DNA of 64,000 nucleotides from an uncultured Gemmatimonadales bacterium. GTDB taxonomy: Bacteria; Gemmatimonadota; Gemmatimonadetes; Gemmatimonadales; GWC2-71-9. Of the stretch, positions 17,959-25,182 are shown piece by piece. The stretch lies in NCBI GenBank assembly GCA_963730185.1, contig CAVSQW010000014.1:192001-256000 (forward strand). Reading direction: 5' to 3'. The notes under the pieces were generated by a model. It was not told the DNA's origin and ran no database searches. It was given only the letters and a program-made list of their open reading frames with translations. The position numbers were made by a program, and so were the translations under genes. The number at the start of each line of letters is the position of its first letter. Position 1 is the stretch's first letter.

Positions 17959-18828
17959 ATGCCGTTTCCAGATTATCGTCGCTCGCCCTCGTGGCAGGCC
18001 GCCCCGGGGGTGGGGCGGTCGGCCGTGATGCCGGAGGCGTCGCCGCGGCCCACGGTGCCGCCGGGCTTCCGGGGCAAGACGGCCCTGGTGACGGGTGGGG
18101 CCACCGGTCTAGGCCGGGCGATCGGGCTCGAGTTCGGGCGGTTGGGGTGCAACGTGGCGTTCTGCTTCGTGAACCTGCCCGGACGGGACGTCCGGGAGAC
18201 GGCCCTCCTGACCGAGACCACGATCGCCGCGATGGGCGTGCAGGTCTTCGCCGACGCCTGCGACGTTCGCGAGCGGGCCCAGGTGGTCCGGTTCGTGGAG
18301 CAGGCCACCGAGCGGCTGGGCCCGATCCACTATCTGGTGAACAACGCCGGCATCGCGGCCGACGGCGCGATGTGGCGCCTGACCGAGCGGGACTGGACCG
18401 ACGTGATCTCCACCAACCTGATCGGCGCGGCCAACTGCATGGCCGTCGTGGCGCCCATCTTCCGGGGCCAGCGCTACGGCAAGGTCGTCAACATCAGCTC
18501 CCACCAGGCCAGCCACCCGGGCTTCGGGGTGACCAGCTTCGCCGCCTCCAAGGCCGGGATCGAGGGGCTGACCCGGGCCGCCGCCGTCGAGCTCGGCCCG
18601 AGCAACGTCAACGTCAACGCCGTCGCGCCGGGATTCGTCCGGACCGAGCGGCTGGAGCAGCTCCCCTCCGAGGTGATCGACCGGGCCCGAACCAGCGCCG
18701 TACTGGGCCGCCTGGCCGAGCCGCACGAAGTCGCCCACGTGGTGTCGTTCCTCTGCTCGGACGAGGCCCGGCACATCACCGGGCAGGTGATTCTGGTGGA
18801 CGGGGGGTTGTCGCTGGCGTACCGGTAG
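17959..18828 (+). CDS. SDR family oxidoreductase (FabG-like) with Phe at the catalytic Tyr position
   Basis: TGGATGLG, NNAGI, NISS, FAASK, NAVAPG, TGQVILVDGG. Start could alternatively be ATG 18028. Confidence 0.85.
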   Translation: MPFPDYRRSPSWQAAPGVGRSAVMPEASPRPTVPPGFRGKTALVTGGATGLGRAIGLEFGRLGCNVAFCFVNLPGRDVRETALLTETTIAAMGVQVFADACDVRERAQVVRFVEQATERLGPIHYLVNNAGIAADGAMWRLTERDWTDVISTNLIGAANCMAVVAPIFRGQRYGKVVNISSHQASHPGFGVTSFAASKAGIEGLTRAAAVELGPSNVNVNAVAPGFVRTERLEQLPSEVIDRARTSAVLGRLAEPHEVAHVVSFLCSDEARHITGQVILVDGGLSLAYR

Positions 18829-18940
18829 GGGGAGGGGGGACGCGGGGGGTGAGGTGGGACGGGGAGGCACCAGCGTTGCCTCCTCACCCCGTCGCTCCCC
18901 GTCCCTCCCCGTCCCTCCCCGTCCTCCCTCCCCATCCCCC
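18829..18940. repeat. G-rich/C-rich 10-nt-period inverted repeat after the SDR stop
   Basis: gtgggacggggaggca-ccagcgt-tgcctcctcacccc, then (gtccctcccc)n. Confidence 0.8.
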
Positions 18941-18958
18941 TTAGTTACCTTTCTCCCC

Positions 18959-19591
18959 ATGACAACCCTTCGATCCCGGGCCTGGCCCGGTCTCGTCCTG
19001 CTGGCCCTTGGGGCCTGCGCGGCGAACGCTCAGAAGACCCCCGTCACCCGCCCGCTCATGACCGCTGCCATGGCCGGACAGAGCGTCGCGGTGATGCCGA
19101 TCACGATGGTGCTGGTCGATCCCGAGGTGAAAGATTCCACCTTGCCTCAGGAGCGGGCGGCCCTGCTGCTCCACACCGATTCCCTGATCGTCGACGCGAT
19201 CGAGGGCCGGGCGCCCGAAGTGACCTGGATCATGCCCAAGGCCCTCCGCCACATGGCTCGGCGGAGCGGCGGGTTGATTCAGGATCCCGACCAGATGGGG
19301 CAGGCGGTGATGCGGAGCTGGAGCCTCAAGGTGGTGCCCGATCCGCTCCGGTCCAATCTTCGGAAGCTCCTCGCCGTGGCCGGCGGGCGGTACGTCTTCA
19401 TCCCGGCCTCTCTCCAGATCCGGCCGGACAGCGCGGGCACCGGTCTCCACGGTGAGCTCGCGGCGGTCCTGGCCGACGTCCGGACCGGGAGGGTGGTCTG
19501 GCGATCGCTGGCCAAGGGCGACGGGACGACTCCGGAGTCGGTCGTGGTCCACGCCATCGAGACCATCTTCCCGCCGGAGGGAACCTGGTGA
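18959..19591 (+). CDS. Hypothetical lipoprotein
   Basis: Signal peptide with LALGAC lipobox; C-terminal DVRTGRVVWR as in penicillin-binding-activator-like lipoproteins. Confidence 0.75.
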   Translation: MTTLRSRAWPGLVLLALGACAANAQKTPVTRPLMTAAMAGQSVAVMPITMVLVDPEVKDSTLPQERAALLLHTDSLIVDAIEGRAPEVTWIMPKALRHMARRSGGLIQDPDQMGQAVMRSWSLKVVPDPLRSNLRKLLAVAGGRYVFIPASLQIRPDSAGTGLHGELAAVLADVRTGRVVWRSLAKGDGTTPESVVVHAIETIFPPEGTW

Positions 19592-20604
19592 AGCATCGCG
19601 TCACCCTCATACCGGGCGACGGTATCGGGCCCGAAATCACGATGGCGACGGTCACGATCCTCGAGGCCACGGGGGTCGAGTTCGAGTGGGACCCCCGGCT
19701 CGCCGGCATGGCGGCGGTCGAGGCGACCGGCAACCCGGTCCCGGACGAGACGGTGGCCAGCATCCGGGAGCGGCGGCTGGCCCTCAAGGGGCCGCTGACC
19801 ACGCCGGTGGGATCGGGCTACCGGTCGGTGAACGTGGCGCTCCGCCGCGAGTTCGAGCTCTACGCCAACATCCGTCCGGCCCGAACGGTGCTCCCCGGCC
19901 GCTACGACGACATCGACCTGGTGCTGGTGCGGGAGAACCTCGAGGGGTTCTACACCGGCCTCGAGCACTGGATCGCGACCCGCGACGACCCCCGGGCGGC
20001 CGGGGTCACCACCGGCGTCACCACCCGGTACGGCTGCGAGCGGATCATCCGGTACGCTTTCGAGTACGCCCTGAAGCACGGGCGGAAGAAGGTCACCATC
20101 GTTCACAAGGCCAACATCCTCCGGATGGTGAGCGGCCTCTTCTTCGAGGTGGGGCGGGCGGTGGCCAAGGAGTACGAGGGCCGGGTGGCGTGCGACGACG
20201 TGATCGTCGACAATTGCGCCATGCAGCTGGTGCTTCGGCCGGAGCGGTTCGACGTGCTGGTGGCCACCAACCTGTTCGGCGACATCCTGAGCGATGAGAT
20301 CGCCGGGCTGGTGGGCGGGCTCGGCCTGGCGCCGGGCGGCAATGTCGGCACCACCGCGTCGATCTTCGAGGCGGTGCATGGGAGCGCCCCGGACATCGCC
20401 GGGAAGGGGCTGGCCAATCCGTCGGCCCTGGTGCTGGCCGGCGCCATGATGCTCGACCACCTCGGCGAGCTCGAGGCCGGCGACCGGGTTCGCGCCGCGG
20501 TGCGGGCCACGATCGTCGACGATCAGATTCGAACCCAAGACCTGGGGGGTCATGCTTCGACCCGGGAATTTGGAGACGCGGTCGCGGCTCGGGTACGCGG
20601 GTGA
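19588..20604 (+). CDS. Isocitrate/isopropylmalate dehydrogenase family (probably NAD-dependent IDH)
   Basis: PGDGIGPEI, LKGPLTTP, RENLEG, HKANI, NLFGDILSD, EAVHGSAPDIAG. Confidence 0.93.
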   Translation: MKHRVTLIPGDGIGPEITMATVTILEATGVEFEWDPRLAGMAAVEATGNPVPDETVASIRERRLALKGPLTTPVGSGYRSVNVALRREFELYANIRPARTVLPGRYDDIDLVLVRENLEGFYTGLEHWIATRDDPRAAGVTTGVTTRYGCERIIRYAFEYALKHGRKKVTIVHKANILRMVSGLFFEVGRAVAKEYEGRVACDDVIVDNCAMQLVLRPERFDVLVATNLFGDILSDEIAGLVGGLGLAPGGNVGTTASIFEAVHGSAPDIAGKGLANPSALVLAGAMMLDHLGELEAGDRVRAAVRATIVDDQIRTQDLGGHASTREFGDAVAARVRG

Positions 20605-20941
20605 GCCGGTTCCCTGCGTCCAGTGCGACCGCCGCGAGCTAGGACTCGGGTGGGGCGAATACTGCTCGGTCTGCCGCGAGCGGCGCGAGCGTCACGCCGC
20701 CCGGATCGCGCAGCGGGTCGCCCTCGGCGGCGCGCTGCTGCTCGCGGCGTGGCTGATCTGGCGGACGCCGGACGCCTTCCTGCCCCGGCTCTTCGGCGCC
20801 GCGTCGGTGTTGCTGCTCTACGTGATCCTCCGGCGGATCGTCGGGCGGGTCGTGGTGGAGTATCTGCCCAAGGAGACGGCGGGACGGGTGGACGGAGGAA
20901 CGGCGGAAGCGAAGGACCAGCGGACCGAGGGAACGGAGTGA
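20552..20941 (+). CDS. Small membrane protein with CxxC...CxxC zinc-ribbon-like N-terminus
   Basis: CVQC and CSVC followed by two hydrophobic helices; fills the operon gap. Start uncertain (ATG 20552 or TTG 20570). Confidence 0.65.
   Translation: MLRPGNLETRSRLGYAGEPVPCVQCDRRELGLGWGEYCSVCRERRERHAARIAQRVALGGALLLAAWLIWRTPDAFLPRLFGAASVLLLYVILRRIVGRVVVEYLPKETAGRVDGGTAEAKDQRTEGTE
20876..20938 (+). repeat. Degenerate 8-nt tandem repeat within the 3' end of the small membrane protein gene
   Basis: acggcggg acgggtgg acggagga acggcgga agcgaagg accagcgg accgaggg. Confidence 0.55.
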
Positions 20942-20946
20942 GCGCC

Positions 20947-22330
20947 ATGGAGCGGATCCCGAGATCGATGCGACCCACTGGTGGCGCCGGCGCCCTGCTC
21001 GCCGCGCTGTCCCTCATCCTGGGCCCGTCCCCCCGTCTCGCCGCCCAGTCCCTGACCATCTATCAGGATGGCCGGGTCCTCCAGCGGCGGGTGCTGCCGC
21101 TCAGCGTGCCGGCCGGGACGTCGACCCTCCGGGCGGCCCTGGGTGAGCTGGATCCCGGCTCGATCTTTCCGCTCGACTCCGGGGTGGTCATCACCGGGGT
21201 GACGTACGACGCGGCGATCGACGAGGGCAACACGCTCCGGCGCGCGATCGGGCGGCGGCTGGCCTTCGTGACCCGGGGACCGAACGGGCCCGACACCGTC
21301 ACCGCGCAGGTGGTCGGCGCCGACCCCGAGCGCTACCGCCTGGCCGATGGCCGGATCACGTTCTCACGGCCGGGCGTTCCCCTCTTCCCCGCCGACCTGG
21401 TGCTGGCCGAGCCGTCGGTCGAGCTCGCCCTCCGGAGCGAGCGGGCCCGGCGGGCGTTGGGTCTGGGCTTCTTCTCGTCGGGCGGGGCCTGGGCGGCAAG
21501 CTATACCGTGACGTTAGGCAGCGTCGGCCTCGCCCGGGTCACCGGCATGGCCGTGATCCAGGCCGGGCGGCTCCGGGTCGACTCGGCCGAGGTCCAGCTC
21601 CTGGCCGGCAACGTCGGTCGGGCCGGCGGACCGATGGTCGCGGCGGCGCCGATGGCGCTCCGAGCCGACGCCGCCAAGGGCTTCGCGGCCGAGCAGCGCA
21701 TCGGCGAGGCCCACCTCTACACCATTCCGGGCCGGATCTCCCTGGTGCCCGGTCTGGCCGTCGGCGCGGCGCTCTTCGAGCCGACCTCGGCGACCGTGGA
21801 CCGGCGCTACGTGGTCGACGGGCAGCTCCCCTACCGCGGTCCGGTCCCCCAGCTGGGCGACCAGACCGAGGTGCCGGTCGGAGTGTCCTACCTCGTGCGG
21901 CGGGGCGACAAGAGCGCCTTCGGCCGGCTCCCGATTCCCGGCGGCGTGGTCCGGATCTACCGGGTCCGACGACCAGGGGCGTCCCCAGCTGGTCGCCGAG
22001 GCCTCCACCGACCACACCGCCGCCGGCCAGGACCTGGTGCTCGACGCGGGCTCGGCGTTCGACCTCACGGCCCGCCGGACCCAGACGGCCTACTCCACCC
22101 GGCGCGACAGCCTCCGGACCGAGACGTTTGCCAGCTACACCGTCACGATCGCCAACGCCGGCGACAGCACCGCCACCGTCGAGGTGCTGGAACGGCGGGC
22201 CGGCGAATGGCAGGTGGTGTCGAGCAGCCTCCCGGCCGACAAGCTCTCCAGCACGACGACCCGCTTTCGGGTCCGGGTGCCGGCCGGCGGCGAGGGCACC
22301 CTGACCTACCGGATTCGCGCCGTCTGGTGA
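20947..22330 (+). pseudogene. DUF4139-domain exported protein with a +1 frameshift at 21961-21964
   Basis: Signal peptide, SLTIYQDG, W.ASY, HLYTIPG, PIPGGVVRIY in one frame. SDDQGRPQLVAEASTDHT...GSAFDL...LTYRIRAVW continues in the next frame. Removing one G from CGGG restores YRSDD. Confidence 0.8.
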
Positions 22331-23160
22331 GCCTCGTCACCATCGTTCAGCTCTCCGATCTGCACTTCGGCCGGGACGTTGACCTGGAGCAGATCCGGGC
22401 GCTCCGGACGCTGATCCCGACCCTGGCGCCGACCGCCATCGTCGTCGCCGGCGACCTGACCCAGCGAGCGCGTTACGGCGAGCTCCAGGCGGCGCTGGCC
22501 TTCGCGGACGACCTCCGGGCGGTCGCGCCGACCCTGGTGATTCCCGGCAACCACGACGTGCAGTGGTGGGCCAGTCCGCTCGGCGTGGCGGGCGCCCGGC
22601 TCAAGTATCGGAAGTACCGCTCGCTGTTCGGCGAGTCGCTGACGCCCGCGCTGGAGCTGCCCGGCCTGGTGCTGGCCAGCACGTTGACCTCGCACGGCTG
22701 GGCCGTGGGGTCGACGACCTGGAAATTCTGGCGTGACAGCACGGTCAAGGGCCACCTGCCGGCGGCGGAGGTGGATCGGGCGGCCGCCGAGTTCGAGCGG
22801 AGCCCGGCCGACGCGCTCCGGGTCATGGTGATGCACCACAACCTGCTCCGCGGCAAGATCTCCCGGCGGATGGGCCTGGCCCACTGGCGGCGGGCGCAGG
22901 AGCGGGTGGTAGCCTCCGGGGCCGACGTCGTGCTCTGCGGACACGACCACCAGGAGGGGGCGGCCCTCCTGGCCGACCGGGTCGTGGTCTCGACCTCGAG
23001 CACCCACACCGCCCGGACCAGGGGACACCGCCCCTCCGCCTTCAACGTCGTGGCCGCCGACCGGGACACCATCTCGGTGACGCACCATCTCTGGGACCGC
23101 GCCGGGTCCCGCTTCGGGCCCGGCGCGCCGGCCCGATTTCCCCGGAGGGGCCGATCGTGA
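22327..23160 (+). CDS. Metallophosphoesterase (CpdA/Icc-like)
   Basis: GTG overlapping the upstream TGA; SDLHFG, AGDLT, PGNHD, HH, GHDH. Confidence 0.9.
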   Translation: MSLVTIVQLSDLHFGRDVDLEQIRALRTLIPTLAPTAIVVAGDLTQRARYGELQAALAFADDLRAVAPTLVIPGNHDVQWWASPLGVAGARLKYRKYRSLFGESLTPALELPGLVLASTLTSHGWAVGSTTWKFWRDSTVKGHLPAAEVDRAAAEFERSPADALRVMVMHHNLLRGKISRRMGLAHWRRAQERVVASGADVVLCGHDHQEGAALLADRVVVSTSSTHTARTRGHRPSAFNVVAADRDTISVTHHLWDRAGSRFGPGAPARFPRRGRS

Positions 23161-23855
23161 CCGCGCCGGAACAGCTGACCCTGCCCCTCGAGCAGCCGGA
23201 AGAGCTCGAGACCCGGCTCCGGCTGGTGGGGCTCGCGCCCGCGATCGAGGTCGTCCTGCACCGGAACCGCCGGACCATGGTCACCCTGGCCCAGTCGCGG
23301 CTCCGGATCCACCGGGGGTACCGCTGGGCGCCCGAGGAGGTCCTCCGCGCCATCGTCCGGTGGACCCGCCCCCGCCTGCCCGAGCCCGAGCGCCGGGCCG
23401 CCGTGCGGCTGTTGCTCAGCTTTCCGGTGCACGACTTCGTGGCCCCGCCGCCCCGGCCGCGCCGCCGGGTCCCGGAGGTCGCTGAGCCCGGCGACGACGC
23501 CCGGCTCGAGCGGCTGGAGGCGATCCACCAGGAGCTCAATCACCGCTGGTTCGCCGGCAGCCTCGCCCGGATCGCCCTCCGGCTCTCGGGGCGAATGCGC
23601 CGGAAGCTCGGCCACTACGAGCCGGCCGACCAAGGCGAGCCCGCGATCGTCATCTCGCGACGGCATCTCCGGCGGGACGGCTGGCGGGCCGCCGCCGATA
23701 CCCTGCTCCACGAGATGGTTCACCAGTGGCAGGACGAGACCGGCCGGCCCATCGACCATGGACCGGACTTCCGGCAGAAGGCGATGGAGGTGGGGATCGA
23801 GCCCCGCGCCGTCACCCGCCGCCGGCCGCTCCGGCCGCTCGACCTCGCCTCCTGA
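23157..23855 (+). CDS. SprT-like zinc metalloprotease domain protein
   Basis: LN.RWFAG.L, SGRMRRKLGHY, TLLHEMVHQW, DHGPDF. Confidence 0.85.
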   Translation: MTAPEQLTLPLEQPEELETRLRLVGLAPAIEVVLHRNRRTMVTLAQSRLRIHRGYRWAPEEVLRAIVRWTRPRLPEPERRAAVRLLLSFPVHDFVAPPPRPRRRVPEVAEPGDDARLERLEAIHQELNHRWFAGSLARIALRLSGRMRRKLGHYEPADQGEPAIVISRRHLRRDGWRAAADTLLHEMVHQWQDETGRPIDHGPDFRQKAMEVGIEPRAVTRRRPLRPLDLAS

Positions 23856-23871
23856 CGTCGGCCGAGGCCCC

Positions 23872-24690
23872 GTGGTCACCACTTGGATCTGCGTCACCTG
23901 CGGGACCCAATACCCCGAGAGCGTCGTCGCGCCGGAGCGCTGCCCCATTTGCGACGACGAGCGCCAGTACCTCAGCTGGGAGGGCCAGCGGTGGACCACG
24001 CCGGCCGAGCTCTTCCTCTCGCACCGGAACGAGGTCCGCCCCGAGGAGCCCGGTCTCTTCGGGATCGGCACCACCCCGGCGTTCGCCATCGGCCAGCGGG
24101 CCCTCCTGGTGCAGTCGCCCGGGGGGAACCTCCTCTTCGATTGCGTGAGCTTGCTGGATCGCGCCACCGTGGCCTGGGTCAAGGCGTTAGGCGGCCTCCG
24201 GGCCATCGCCGTCAGCCATCCCCACTACTACTCGGCCATGGCGGATTGGGCCCGGGCGTTCGGGGTGCCGATCTACCTCCACGAGGCGGAGCGCCGCTGG
24301 GTGATGCGGCCCGACCCGGCCATCGAGTTCTGGTCGGGCGAGACCCTCGCCCTCTGGGACGACCTGACCCTGGTTCGGCTCGGCGGACACTTCGCGGGCG
24401 GCCAGGTGCTCCACTGGCCGGCCGGCGCCGAGGGCCGGGGCGCGCTCCTGACGGGCGACGTCATTCAGGTCGTCCAGGACCGCCGGTGGGTGAGCTTCAT
24501 GTACAGCTACCCCAACCTGATTCCGCTCCCCGCCGCGGTGGTCCGACGGATCGCCGACACGGTGGCCGGCTACCGCTTCGACCGGATCTACGGCGCCTGG
24601 TGGGGCAAGGTCGTCCGGACCGATGCCCGGGCCGCGGTGATTCGGTCGGCGCGGCGATATGTGGCGTCGCTGGAGCGGACAGACGTGTGA
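23872..24690 (+). CDS. Metallo-beta-lactamase fold protein with N-terminal CxxC motifs
   Basis: CVTCG, CPICDDERQY, FAIGQRA, SHPHYY, GGHF.G, SFMYSYPN. Confidence 0.88.
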   Translation: MVTTWICVTCGTQYPESVVAPERCPICDDERQYLSWEGQRWTTPAELFLSHRNEVRPEEPGLFGIGTTPAFAIGQRALLVQSPGGNLLFDCVSLLDRATVAWVKALGGLRAIAVSHPHYYSAMADWARAFGVPIYLHEAERRWVMRPDPAIEFWSGETLALWDDLTLVRLGGHFAGGQVLHWPAGAEGRGALLTGDVIQVVQDRRWVSFMYSYPNLIPLPAAVVRRIADTVAGYRFDRIYGAWWGKVVRTDARAAVIRSARRYVASLERTDV

Positions 24691-24706
24691 TCTGACGTTT
24701 CAGTTA

Positions 24707-24735
24707 TTGACGTTTTGGGCCCTACAACATACTAT
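24707..24735 (+). promoter_or_regulatory. Sigma70-type promoter of the padR-ADOP operon
   Basis: TTGACG (24707-24712), 17-nt spacer, TACTAT (24730-24735) in an AT-rich island. Confidence 0.8.
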
Positions 24736-24831
24736 TGTCGGCGATGTATTGGCGTCCGTGGAGCAATGCCGCGGGTCGCCCGGGCCGGCGCCGCATCCGG
24801 CCGTCTCCATCCCCGGTCGGAGGATCCTGGA

Positions 24832-25179
24832 ATGAAGCCAGAGCGCGACCTGATCCGCGGAGCCGGCCCGACGGCCGTGCTCCAGCTGCTGGCGGTGCGC
24901 GAGATGTACGGCTACGAGCTGGCCCAGTCGCTCTCGCACCGGACGGACGGAGTGCTGGCTCTGGGTCAGTCGACGCTCTATCCGCTGCTTTACAATCTCG
25001 AATCGAAGGAACTGGTGGAGAGCCGCTGGGTCGACGCGGCGTCGGGGCGCCGGCGGCGGTACTACCGGATCACCGACCGGGGTCGGGCCGCGCTGGCCAG
25101 CCAGCGGGCCCAGTGGCAGGAGCTCTTTCAGGCCATGGTGGGTCTCGGATTGGTCGACCCCTCGGCGGCGGAGGGCTGA
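24832..25179 (+). CDS. PadR family transcriptional regulator
   Basis: MYGYEL, STLYPLL..LE, RRRYYRIT..GR; GGAGG upstream. Confidence 0.92.
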   Translation: MKPERDLIRGAGPTAVLQLLAVREMYGYELAQSLSHRTDGVLALGQSTLYPLLYNLESKELVESRWVDAASGRRRRYYRITDRGRAALASQRAQWQELFQAMVGLGLVDPSAAEG

Positions 25180-25182
25180 GTC

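Noticed and set aside
16921..18828. 635-aa extended SDR
   Set aside because: The N-terminal part is an alternate frame of the MFS gene; the SDR starts at about 17959.
20623..23160. 845-aa DUF4139-phosphoesterase fusion ORF
   Set aside because: Explained by a one-base insertion. The true DUF4139 C-terminus is in another frame and the phosphoesterase has its own coupled GTG at 22327.
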